44,165 nt of DNA from a virus (lineage: Duplodnaviria; Caudoviricetes): positions 1-44,165 of the IMG/VR virus record IMGVR_UViG_3300015050_000809. One strand, given 5' to 3'. The notes under the pieces were generated by a model. That model made no database searches, was not told the DNA's origin, and saw only the letters and a list, made by a program, of their open reading frames with translations. This document shows positions 1 through 8,219 of the stretch, piece after piece (within the stretch, counting starts at the first letter, position 1; every line of letters starts with the position of its first letter). Position numbers and translations under genes: made by a program.

Positions 1-123
1 ACGCCAATTTCGCGGCGCAGAATTACAACAACTGGCAGTCGCTCGGCGCGTTCGGCAATTCGACCATGTACGTCGACAAGTTCGACGGTCGGTGGCACCG
101 CGGACAGCGCGGCTTCCGCTACA
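1..123. repeat. Terminal direct repeat copy 1 (assembly circularity overlap)
   Basis: Bases 1-123 are identical to 44043-44165; the repeat lies inside the portal ORF, which reads through the join in frame. Confidence 0.97.
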
Positions 124-1322
124 AGAGCGTGCCGTTTGGCGAGACGTTCTACGGCGAAAATCATCAAGGCAAGGTCGACCGGATCATTCGCTGGTTCAAG
201 CTGACCGCCTATCAGGCGGTGCAGAAGTGGGGCCGCGATGCGTTGCCGGAATGTCTCGTCGCACCGTTGGAGCAAAACAGCCAGTGGCCGTATAATTTCC
301 TGCATTGCGTCCGGCCGCGCGGCGAGGAATACGACCCGGAGGCACTGGACGAGCGCTCGCTGCCGTTCTCATCGCATTACCTGTCGCTTGAAGGCCGATG
401 CCTGATGCAGGCGGAAAAGGGCTACCGCGTCTTCCCGTATGCGGTTTCGCGCTACGATCAGGCGCCCGGCGAGGTGTACGGCCGCGGCCCGGCACAAATC
501 GTGCTGCCGTCGCTCAAGACGCTCAACGCCGAAAAGGTGACGTTCCTCAAGGCTGGCCACCGCGCCGGCGATCCGGTGCTGCTGCTCGCCGATGACGGGC
601 TGGTCGGCATGGACATGCGGCCTGGCGCGATGAACAAGGGCGGCGTCAATGCCGATGGCCGCCCGATGGTGCACACGCTGCCGGTCGGCGACATCCAGAT
701 CACCGAAAAGATGATGGGCGAGGAACGCTCGATCATCGACGACGTGTTTCTCGTGTCGCTATTCAAGGTGCTGTCCGAGCACCCTAACATGACGGCCACG
801 CAGGTCATCGAGCTTGTGAACGAAAAGGGCATGCTTGTCGCGCCGACGCTTGGCCGGCAGCACACAGAATACGTCGGCGGTCTGGCCGAGCGCGAACTGG
901 ACCTGATGACTGAGATGGGTTTCTTCGAGGAACGATTTGGCGGCAATCCGATGCCGCCGCGGCTGCGCGAGGCGATGGGCGCCTACGAGATCACCGATAC
1001 GTCGCCGTTGGCAAAGGCCGCACAGATGGGCGAGGCGGCCGGCTTCAATCGATGGGTCGAAAACCTGACGCAGATCGCGCAGCAGATGCAGGACCCGTCG
1101 TGGCTCGATCCGGTCAATAGCGACACCGCGTCGCGCGATCTCGCCGAGATCTACAGCGTGCGCGAAACTTGGACGGCGACGAGCGAGCAGATGGCGCAGA
1201 AGCGCAAGTCGCGCTCTGACGCGCAGGCGCAGCAGGCGCGCGTCGCAGCGCTCCCGGCCGAGGCTGCAATGGTCAAGGCGCAAGCGGTTCTGGCCAAGAC
1301 CACACCGGCGGGCATGGTCTGA
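1..1322 (+). CDS. Portal (head-tail connector) protein, 3' part; full gene is 43613-44042 joined to 1-1322, about 583 aa
   Basis: Frame continuous across the join (TAC GCC AAT...); PGEVYGRGP and MTATQVIELVNEK motifs typical of T7/BPP-1-type connectors; lies between terminase and capsid genes. Confidence 0.92.
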   Translation, partial: ANFAAQNYNNWQSLGAFGNSTMYVDKFDGRWHRGQRGFRYKSVPFGETFYGENHQGKVDRIIRWFKLTAYQAVQKWGRDALPECLVAPLEQNSQWPYNFLHCVRPRGEEYDPEALDERSLPFSSHYLSLEGRCLMQAEKGYRVFPYAVSRYDQAPGEVYGRGPAQIVLPSLKTLNAEKVTFLKAGHRAGDPVLLLADDGLVGMDMRPGAMNKGGVNADGRPMVHTLPVGDIQITEKMMGEERSIIDDVFLVSLFKVLSEHPNMTATQVIELVNEKGMLVAPTLGRQHTEYVGGLAERELDLMTEMGFFEERFGGNPMPPRLREAMGAYEITDTSPLAKAAQMGEAAGFNRWVENLTQIAQQMQDPSWLDPVNSDTASRDLAEIYSVRETWTATSEQMAQKRKSRSDAQAQQARVAALPAEAAMVKAQAVLAKTTPAGMV

Positions 1323-1324
1323 GC

Positions 1325-1597
1325 ATGACCGAAGCCGAAGCCCTCGCGTATTTTGCTGACTGGAAAACCGCGTATCAGCTTCAATTCGGCGACGGCAAAA
1401 GCCCCGCGCTCGCCGACCTTTCCGAGTTCTGCCACGAGCGGAAGACGACCTTTACCGGCGACCGGGACGAATCCTTGGTCATGGAAGGTCGCCGCCAAGC
1501 AATGTTGCGTATCCGAAACTTCCTCGAACTGACCCCCGAGCAACTGGTGAAGTTGCACACCCGGCCCGCGCAAGGAGCGACAAGCCATGAAGCATAG
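1325..1597 (+). CDS. Bbp19-like small head protein
   Basis: 90 aa right after portal with LADL..FC...TTF and EGRRQ..LRI motifs. Confidence 0.7.
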   Translation: MTEAEALAYFADWKTAYQLQFGDGKSPALADLSEFCHERKTTFTGDRDESLVMEGRRQAMLRIRNFLELTPEQLVKLHTRPAQGATSHEA

Positions 1598-2492
1598 ATT
1601 TTTGAGCCTACCCCTTCCCATGTATGCCCCCGAGGGCGTCGACGGCGGGGGCGGTGATGCGGCCGCCATTGCGGCAGCAGCAGCGGCTGCGGCGGCAGCC
1701 GGCGGCAGCAAGCCTTGGTACGATGGCATCGACGCTGAAACCATCGGCCACTGGGACAACAAAGGCTGGAAGAAGGACGACGCCAAGGAAATTGCGCTCG
1801 CCGCGACGAAGCAGGCGCGCGAGGCCGAGAAGTATTTCGGCGTTCCGGCCGATCAAATCATCAAGATGCCGAAGGCCGACGCAAAGCCGGAAGACATCAA
1901 GGCGTTTCACCAGCGCCTCGGCGCGCCGGCCGATCCGAAGGAATACGATTTTTCGTCCGTCAAGGGCGCTGACGGCAACCCGATGCCGGAAGCCCTGGCC
2001 GAAACGCTGCGCGCTTCTGCGCACGCTCAAGGCCTGACCAAGGCGGCCGCGGCGGCAATCGCCGCCGACGTGCAGAAAAGCCTCGACAGCGCGCGATCAT
2101 CCGAAACGACGATCAACGCCGGCAAGCTGGCCGAAGAAAAGGCCAAGCTGAAAGCCGATTGGGGCCCTAACTTCGACTTCAACCATCTCAAGGCGATGGA
2201 AGGCGCGCGCCGGCTCGGCATCACGCCGGAAGCGGTCAAGGCGCTGGAAGGCCAGATTGGCTACAAGGACGTCATGGAGGCCATGCGCAAGATCGGCGCC
2301 GGCACCAGCGAGGATGCGTTTATCGAGCGCGGCGCCACCGGCGGCACCGTCCATACGCGCGAGGGCGCGGTGGCTCGCAAGTCCGAACTCATGGCCGACA
2401 AAGCCTGGGGCGATCGATACCTCAAGGGCGGCGTGGCCGAGAAGCAGGAAATGGACCGGCTTAACGCCATGATCGATGGCGGTGCACAATGA
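1587..2492 (+). CDS. Putative capsid scaffolding protein
   Basis: Helical Ala/Lys/Glu-rich 301 aa between portal and capsid; LGAP....Y and LKADWG motifs; SD AAGGAG. Confidence 0.7.
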   Translation: MKHRFLSLPLPMYAPEGVDGGGGDAAAIAAAAAAAAAAGGSKPWYDGIDAETIGHWDNKGWKKDDAKEIALAATKQAREAEKYFGVPADQIIKMPKADAKPEDIKAFHQRLGAPADPKEYDFSSVKGADGNPMPEALAETLRASAHAQGLTKAAAAAIAADVQKSLDSARSSETTINAGKLAEEKAKLKADWGPNFDFNHLKAMEGARRLGITPEAVKALEGQIGYKDVMEAMRKIGAGTSEDAFIERGATGGTVHTREGAVARKSELMADKAWGDRYLKGGVAEKQEMDRLNAMIDGGAQ

Positions 2493-2791
2493 GCGTGGCA
2501 GAAGCACCCGCCACCGAACCGACCAAGAAAGCCAACCGTGCGCGCCGCAAGCGCAAGGTCGCCAAGGCGCCCAAGCCAAAGCCCGTTGCTGAATTCGCGG
2601 GACTGACGGTCCACGATTGCTGCAGCGGCTGCAATGCGTCCGGCTGCATCATCAGCGGAAAATCGTACTGCGGGCATCCGTTCAAGGGCGGCTTGCAGGG
2701 CCGTGATATGCAGAATGACCCTGCAATTGCTCGCTTAAACGCAGCAAAGAAGATGCTCGGCAAGGCCAAGATCAAGCTCGACGCGATCTAA
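2489..2791 (+). CDS. Small basic Cys-rich hypothetical protein
   Basis: ATGA overlap with scaffold stop; Lys/Arg-rich N-terminus and DCCSGCNASGC...YCGHP cluster. Confidence 0.7.
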   Translation: MSVAEAPATEPTKKANRARRKRKVAKAPKPKPVAEFAGLTVHDCCSGCNASGCIISGKSYCGHPFKGGLQGRDMQNDPAIARLNAAKKMLGKAKIKLDAI

Positions 2792-2810
2792 CCTACGCGC
2801 CAGCAACTGA

Positions 2811-2844
2811 GTGCGTTGCTGGCGCGAACGTCTCACCGTAATCA
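2811..2844 (+). promoter_or_regulatory. Putative late promoter (GTGCGTTGC motif) for the capsid operon, inside a perfect 12-bp inverted repeat (2796-2826)
   Basis: GTGCGTTGC at 2811-2819, one of six intergenic copies; CGCGCCAGCAAC-N7-GTTGCTGGCGCG. Confidence 0.65.
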
Positions 2845-2863
2845 GAAAACAATACCCGAGCGT

Positions 2864-2968
2864 CCGGCTCCCGAAAGGACAAGGCCGGTTCGGAAGTGAC
2901 GGTCCCCGATGAGGGCAAGACCGAAGGTTTGATGGTCCCCGCCGCGCGCATGCGCATGGGCAAGACCG
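2864..2968 (+). ncRNA. Structured 5' leader of the major capsid gene: three tandem hairpins GGYY-CCC-loop-GGR-CAA-GRCC
   Basis: CCGGCT-CCC-GAAA-GGA-CAA-GGCCGG (2864-2888); CGGTC-CCC-GATGA-GGG-CAA-GACCG (2900-2923); GGTC-CCC-N17-GGG-CAA-GACC (2934-2967). Confidence 0.6.
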
Positions 2969-3005
2969 CAGATGTTCGATCAACCCAAAATTCAGCGGGA
3001 TAGCC

Positions 3006-3941
3006 ATGTCCGAAAATCTTCCGAAACTTTTCACCACCCAATTCTCGACCGTTCTTGCCCTCAAGCTGCAGCAGAAGCAGTCCAAGCTGCGCGGCCGTGT
3101 GCAGGAAGGCTTCCACGTCGGCAAGCAGGCCTCGCCGATCCAGTATGTCGGCGCCATTCAGATGAAGCCGCCGGCTGGCCGCTTCGCTCCGATCGGCCGC
3201 CAGGATGTCGACTTCACGCGCCGCTGGGTTTTCCCGGTCGACCGTGACGCCAACCAGCTCATCGACTCGTTCGACAAGCTCAAGACCGCGCTGGAGCCGA
3301 CGTCGCAGTATTCCGATGTCGCCGCCGCCGCCGTCGCCCGCGAATGGGATGACCGTCTGATCGCTGCCGCCTTCGCGGATGCGAGCATCGGCACCGACGC
3401 CGGCTCACTGTCGACCGAAACCTTCAATACCGGCTCGACCGTCACCGGCGCGGGCTGGCAGATTCCCTCCACCTTCGGCTCTGCCGCGGCATCGGGCCTC
3501 ACTGTCGCCAAGATGATCGAAGCGCGCCGTGCTTTCCGCAAGGCGCAGGTCGACATGGAGATGGAAGACCTGACCTGGGTCACCAACTCGCAGGGCGAAA
3601 GCGATCTGCTCAATCAGGTGCAGGTCACGTCGAACGAGTTCTCGACCAAGCCGGTCCTTGAAGACGGCAAGGTCACTCGGTTCCTGGGCTTCAACATCGT
3701 CTATTCCGAGCGTCTGACTTCATCGTCGAGCGTCCGGCAGAACATCGTGATGGCGAAGTCGGGCCTCTATCTCGGCATCTGGAAGGACACCGAGAACGAC
3801 GTCGACCGCCGCAAGGATCTGAGCGGCCTGCCGTACCAGATCTACACCATGATGTCGTCCGGCGCGACGCGCCTTGAGCCGGGCCGATTGCTGCAAGTTC
3901 TCTGCGCCGATGCCTCGGCCGCAGCCGACGTAACGCCGTAA
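3006..3941 (+). CDS. Major capsid protein
   Basis: 311 aa; F.TQFS..L.LKLQQKQSKLR N-terminus, FLGFNIVYSERL and M..GATRLE C-terminus typical of BPP-1-like capsids; strong codon bias. Confidence 0.9.
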   Translation: MSENLPKLFTTQFSTVLALKLQQKQSKLRGRVQEGFHVGKQASPIQYVGAIQMKPPAGRFAPIGRQDVDFTRRWVFPVDRDANQLIDSFDKLKTALEPTSQYSDVAAAAVAREWDDRLIAAAFADASIGTDAGSLSTETFNTGSTVTGAGWQIPSTFGSAAASGLTVAKMIEARRAFRKAQVDMEMEDLTWVTNSQGESDLLNQVQVTSNEFSTKPVLEDGKVTRFLGFNIVYSERLTSSSSVRQNIVMAKSGLYLGIWKDTENDVDRRKDLSGLPYQIYTMMSSGATRLEPGRLLQVLCADASAAADVTP

Positions 3942-3953
3942 GGAGCGACCAAC

Positions 3954-4487
3954 ATGGCAGTCGATCACGTCAAATCCAGCTTCATCACCAATGCCGATGC
4001 TTCGCCGGCGGTCGCGAATACCGCAGGCGAGGGCGGCCCGGGCGTCCTCAAATCGGTCGAAGGTTCGGCGGTAGCTATCGCCTCGTCCTCGGCTGATGCG
4101 ACCTACCAGCTCGTTCGCATCCCTTCGAACTGCAAGGTCAAGTCCCTTCTGTTCGAAAGCGCGGCACAGGGCGCCGGCAAGTTCGACCTCGGTCTCTACT
4201 ACGCGACCGACGGCGAAGGCGGCAAGCCCACTGCGTTGCTTGCCGCGGCGGCCATCGATCAGGACTTCTTCGCAGCTGTCATTGACTGCGCCTCTGCGGT
4301 GGCCATCACCGAGGCGGTCAATCAGTCCGGCAGCTACACGATCGACGAGCGCACCCAGCCGATCTGGCAGGCCGTTGGCCTCACCAGCGATCCGGGCGGC
4401 TATTTCGACATCGTGGCGACGGTGAAGACGACCGCCGTGACGACCGGCACCGGCCGCCTCGGCGTGCGCTGCACGTACACGGACTAG
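3954..4487 (+). CDS. Putative capsid decoration/cement protein
   Basis: 177 aa beta-rich protein directly after the capsid gene; SD AAGGAG. Confidence 0.6.
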   Translation: MAVDHVKSSFITNADASPAVANTAGEGGPGVLKSVEGSAVAIASSSADATYQLVRIPSNCKVKSLLFESAAQGAGKFDLGLYYATDGEGGKPTALLAAAAIDQDFFAAVIDCASAVAITEAVNQSGSYTIDERTQPIWQAVGLTSDPGGYFDIVATVKTTAVTTGTGRLGVRCTYTD

Positions 4488-4496
4488 AGGTGAACG

Positions 4497-4718
4497 ATGG
4501 CCGACCATTACGTTGCTCTCGCGCGCGGCGTTGAAGGTTCGAAGTATTCGGACTTCACCGTCGGCACATCATCGGCCGCCACCGCCTTGTTCGAGGTTCG
4601 TATCCTCGACGGAGTGACCCCGACGAAAGTCGAGGTCCTCAAGGCGATGGAGGCGTTCGAGCGGTTTTTCGCAAACCAGCAGCAGGTCGTCGCGGCCGGC
4701 TTCGACATCGCGGGGTAG
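4497..4718 (+). CDS. Hypothetical virion-module protein
   Basis: 73 aa, SD GAGGTG, tight packing. Confidence 0.7.
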   Translation: MADHYVALARGVEGSKYSDFTVGTSSAATALFEVRILDGVTPTKVEVLKAMEAFERFFANQQQVVAAGFDIAG

Positions 4719-4721
4719 CCT

Positions 4722-4988
4722 ATGTCCTATTCAGGCCAGCAGACCTTCCGCGCGGCGGTTTTGGCCGCCGAGGGCGTCCGTCAGCAGGCGAAGGCGGCTG
4801 CCTTCGTCGCTTACGGCTACGTCGCGGCGAACCTTGCCACCTATCAGACGGCGATTGCCGATGCCGACGTGGCTTATTTCACGGCGGTCAATACGGCTTA
4901 CAACGCCTTGAATGAGACGACCGGTCTGGCCGGCTTCGGTGGCCCAATCCCCGGCGGCGGCTGGACGCCCATGTTGGCGGTGGCGTAA
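4722..4988 (+). CDS. Hypothetical Ala-rich protein
   Basis: 88 aa, tight packing in the late operon. Confidence 0.65.
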   Translation: MSYSGQQTFRAAVLAAEGVRQQAKAAAFVAYGYVAANLATYQTAIADADVAYFTAVNTAYNALNETTGLAGFGGPIPGGGWTPMLAVA

Positions 4989-4991
4989 CGC

Positions 4992-5288
4992 ATGACCTAC
5001 AACACGCCGGAACGCCTCGTCCAATCCAACATCGGAACGGGCACCACCGCGGCCTTCACGCTGCGCGGCGGCTCGTACTGGATCGAAACGAAGTCGACCG
5101 GCACCGGCACGATCGATCTGCAGCGCCTCGGGCCGGATGGTTCGACTTACACGGCCCGCATCACACAGATCACGGCCACGGCCGGCCAGCAGACAATCTC
5201 TCTGCCGCCTGGCTCATACCGGTGGGTCGTCGCGACGTTCACGGCGAACTACTTGGAAATCTGTCGCATCCCGACTGCGGAGGACTGA
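4992..5288 (+). CDS. Hypothetical virion protein
   Basis: 98 aa Thr/Gly-rich, beta-sandwich-like. Confidence 0.65.
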   Translation: MTYNTPERLVQSNIGTGTTAAFTLRGGSYWIETKSTGTGTIDLQRLGPDGSTYTARITQITATAGQQTISLPPGSYRWVVATFTANYLEICRIPTAED

Positions 5289-5443
5289 TGAACCGCATTC
5301 GCAATTTCGTTCTCAATGTCTTCTACCGCAACAAGAACCGCGCGCTGATGCTGTTGCGGCGTATTGGGCTTTACCGTGGCCCGATTCATCACCGGATGTA
5401 CGCCGATATCGGCCGGCTTGGCGCGACCGGGAAGGATATCTGA
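5288..5443 (+). CDS. Small basic hypothetical protein (51 aa)
   Basis: TGATG overlap with upstream stop, SD GGAGG, fills the gap exactly. Confidence 0.55.
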   Translation: MNRIRNFVLNVFYRNKNRALMLLRRIGLYRGPIHHRMYADIGRLGATGKDI

Positions 5444-5446
5444 GCC

Positions 5447-5875
5447 ATGGCCGCTTACAACAAATTCCACTGCTTTGTCGCTGACGTTTGCAACAAGGTG
5501 CACAATCTTGCGTCAGACACCTGCAAGGTCGTCCTGACGAACAGTGCGCCGGTTGCGAGCAATACCGTCATCGGCAACATCACGCAGGTCGCGAATGGCA
5601 ACGGCTATACGACCGGCGGCACCGCGATTGCGAGCCCGTCATCGTCGCAGACCACCGGCACGCAGACGTTCTCGGGCAATAACGTTACGTTCACTGCTTC
5701 GGGCGGAACGATTGGCCCGTTCCAGTATGCGGCGATCTACAACGACACCGCCGCCTCGGACCAGCTCATCGCTTGGTTCGATTACGGGTCCGCGCTCACC
5801 TTGCAGATCGGCGACACATTTACCGTTGCGTGGAACAGCGGCGCATCGAGCGGCAGCATCTTCACGATGACGTAG
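5447..5875 (+). CDS. Conserved phage virion protein
   Basis: 142 aa; NGYTTGG, FTASGGTIGPFQYA.IYNDT and LIAWFDYGS motifs seen in phage structural proteins. Confidence 0.7.
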   Translation: MAAYNKFHCFVADVCNKVHNLASDTCKVVLTNSAPVASNTVIGNITQVANGNGYTTGGTAIASPSSSQTTGTQTFSGNNVTFTASGGTIGPFQYAAIYNDTAASDQLIAWFDYGSALTLQIGDTFTVAWNSGASSGSIFTMT

Positions 5876-5882
5876 GCCGCGT

Positions 5883-6866
5883 ATGGCCGTCGTCACATGG
5901 AACCCATCCGATAAAGGCGCGGGCATTACGCTCTCGAACGGCGATCTCGACCTCGTAAGCAACGGGGCGTTTTATTCTGTTCGCGCCACACTGTCTCGGT
6001 CGACCGGTAAATTTTACTACGAGCAGACCATCGTTACCGCGAGCACCTCAAACCTCATGCTCGGGTGGATGTCGGGTGCCGCGTCGCTCGCAACGTATAT
6101 CGGGAACAGCGCGATCGGCGCAGCCGTCAATTCGACGACGACGACGACCTACAACAACGGATTCACGGTAGTAAACAACTATTCACTCGCGGCGCCGGTA
6201 CAGGGCGACGTCGTGATGTTTGCGATCGATTATGACGCCGGCAAGGCATGGGTCGGGAAGAACGGTACGTGGTCCGCATCTGGCGATCCGGCCGCGGGCA
6301 CGAATCCGTGGGTGACGTTCACCGCGAATACCGCGCTATTCCCGGCAGGGTGCTCGTTCGACGCATCGCACAAACTGCGGGGCAACTTCGGGGCGTCTGC
6401 CTTTGGCACGTCTCCACCGTCAGGATTCTCGGCGTTCCAACTGACGACCACGACGATGAATACTGTCGCCGGCGCCTATGCCCTCACGGGGATAGCGGCG
6501 TTTCTAGGCCGGCTTTTCATCATGGGCACGGTTACCGGGTCCTATGCTTTGACCGGGATTGCCGCGGCGACGCGCAGGACCATTCGCCTTCTTGCGGCGG
6601 TCGGATCATATGCGCTCACCGGCATTGCGGCCAGGACGGGCCGCGGTGTGCGCCTGGCCGCAGACATTGGTGCCTACGCGATCACTGGCATTGCCGCTCA
6701 GACGCGCCTTACGTGGCGCCTGTTGGCTGCCCCTGGGGCATACACGATTACAGGGATAGCGCTGGCCCTCGCGCGGGCCGCTGTGTCTGCGAGCAAATTT
6801 AAACTGCGGCGAGCCGCCTTCGTCTTGCAGAAATTGCGACAACAGCCCCCAACATTAGGGGATTGA
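5883..6866 (+). CDS. SPRY/concanavalin-like domain virion protein with five G(S/A)YALTGIAA repeats
   Basis: TWNPSDK..ITLSNG, GKFYYE, GDVVMFAIDYDAGKAWVGKNGTW and NFG...F...PSGF are SPRY-like; repeats of about 21 aa follow. Confidence 0.75.
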   Translation: MAVVTWNPSDKGAGITLSNGDLDLVSNGAFYSVRATLSRSTGKFYYEQTIVTASTSNLMLGWMSGAASLATYIGNSAIGAAVNSTTTTTYNNGFTVVNNYSLAAPVQGDVVMFAIDYDAGKAWVGKNGTWSASGDPAAGTNPWVTFTANTALFPAGCSFDASHKLRGNFGASAFGTSPPSGFSAFQLTTTTMNTVAGAYALTGIAAFLGRLFIMGTVTGSYALTGIAAATRRTIRLLAAVGSYALTGIAARTGRGVRLAADIGAYAITGIAAQTRLTWRLLAAPGAYTITGIALALARAAVSASKFKLRRAAFVLQKLRQQPPTLGD

Positions 6867-6869
6867 CGG

Positions 6870-6902
6870 GTGCGTTGCTGCTGACCCGCCTTTCCCTACG
6901 GT
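6870..6902 (+). promoter_or_regulatory. Putative late promoter for the tail operon
   Basis: GTGCGTTGC 6870-6878; TTGCTG-N16-TACGGT. Confidence 0.65.
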
Positions 6903-6941
6903 GATCTGGCATCAACTTGCCGTCGCCCGGAGGGCTGACCC

Positions 6942-8216
6942 GTGCCGTTTCTCGATAGCCTCGACATCGCAAACCGGGCCATTCAGCATACCGGCGGGAC
7001 GCATATTGCGGCCGTCACCGAGGACAGCAAGAACAATTTCGAGACCGCGTTCGCCTACGACAAGGTGAGGCGCGCCGAACTGCGCCGGAACGTGTGGCGG
7101 TTTTCCATTCGAAAGGCAGTCCTGCGCCCGGTCGACACCAGCACAATGTTGATAGTGCCGGCCGCCTATGACGCTACGAAAACCTACCTGCCTGGCGCCA
7201 TCGTCACTGACACGAACGGGCAGTTGTGGACTTCGAACGAGCCCGACAACATCAACAACACGCCGGGCGACACCGATATTTGGGATATGTACTTCGGCCC
7301 GCTCACGGTCTCGCTCTATAGCAGCACGACCTCCTATTCGTCGGGCGAACTTGTCTATAAGCCGGGCACCGTCGCCGGATCGTATGCGGTATATTTGTCG
7401 TTGCAGAACGGCAATTCCGATGTGCCGTCGACTGCCACCGCTTACGACTCCACGGTCACCTATGGCCGCAACCAGGTCGTCAGCAGCGGCGGCTCGCAAT
7501 GGCGAAGCCTGATCGAGGTCAACCTCGGGATCACGCCGGCAGACGGCCCGCTTGCGTTCGATATCGGCGCTACCTATGCCGCCGCGGCAACGGTGACTGG
7601 ATCCGACCACTTCATCTATTCGTCGGTCGGCAGCGGAAACATCGGGCACGACCCGGTGACCGACGGCGGGGTGCATTGGACGAATACAAACGTCGCGAAT
7701 GCTTGGTCCCGCACGCCGACAATCGCCGTCAGTTCGATCAAGTGGCGCGTCCTCGATGCGACGATCAAGGCGATACCGATCATCTATCCGATCGGCAGTG
7801 GCCCGTCGTCCGAGGGCACCACCCGAAATGCGTTCCGGTTGCCAAGCGGCTTTCTCCGTGAGGCGGGGCAAAGTCCGAAGGCTGGGTCTAATTCGAGAAT
7901 GGGCGCGCCTTCTGGCCTTGCCTATAACGATTGGGAGTTTGAGGGCAATTTCATTGTCTCTCAGCAAACCGATCCGATCATCTTTCGGTTTGTCGCGGAT
8001 GTGACAAAGGTCTCGGCTTTCGACGATATGTTCTGCGAGGGCTTGGCATGCCGCATCGCGACGGCGATTTGCGAGCCGCTCACTCAGTCTGGATCGAAGC
8101 TGCAGACAATTGCTTCGGCCTACAAGCTGTTCATGGGCGAGGCGCGCACAGTCAACGCGATTGAGGTTGGGTCGGAAGAATTGCCCGTTGACGACTACAT
8201 TGCATGTAGGGGCTAG
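6942..8216 (+). CDS. Tail tubular protein A-like (adaptor) with inserted carbohydrate-binding-module-like repeats
   Basis: LDIANRA..H.G and ELRRNVWRFSIR at the N-terminus, FDDMFCEGLACRIA..ICEPLT at the C-terminus; middle has four AYD.T.TY..G..V repeats; GTG start. Confidence 0.8.
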   Translation: MPFLDSLDIANRAIQHTGGTHIAAVTEDSKNNFETAFAYDKVRRAELRRNVWRFSIRKAVLRPVDTSTMLIVPAAYDATKTYLPGAIVTDTNGQLWTSNEPDNINNTPGDTDIWDMYFGPLTVSLYSSTTSYSSGELVYKPGTVAGSYAVYLSLQNGNSDVPSTATAYDSTVTYGRNQVVSSGGSQWRSLIEVNLGITPADGPLAFDIGATYAAAATVTGSDHFIYSSVGSGNIGHDPVTDGGVHWTNTNVANAWSRTPTIAVSSIKWRVLDATIKAIPIIYPIGSGPSSEGTTRNAFRLPSGFLREAGQSPKAGSNSRMGAPSGLAYNDWEFEGNFIVSQQTDPIIFRFVADVTKVSAFDDMFCEGLACRIATAICEPLTQSGSKLQTIASAYKLFMGEARTVNAIEVGSEELPVDDYIACRG

Positions 8217-8219
8217 CCA

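Noticed and set aside
1-123. 123-bp terminal repeat as a biological direct terminal repeat
   Set aside because: It falls mid-portal and the frame reads through, so it is most likely an assembler overlap of a circular or permuted genome
1656-1710. GCN-rich repeat in the scaffold gene
   Set aside because: Poly-Ala low-complexity coding sequence
4231-4240. CTGCGTTGCT as a seventh late-promoter motif
   Set aside because: Lacks the leading G and lies inside a coding sequence
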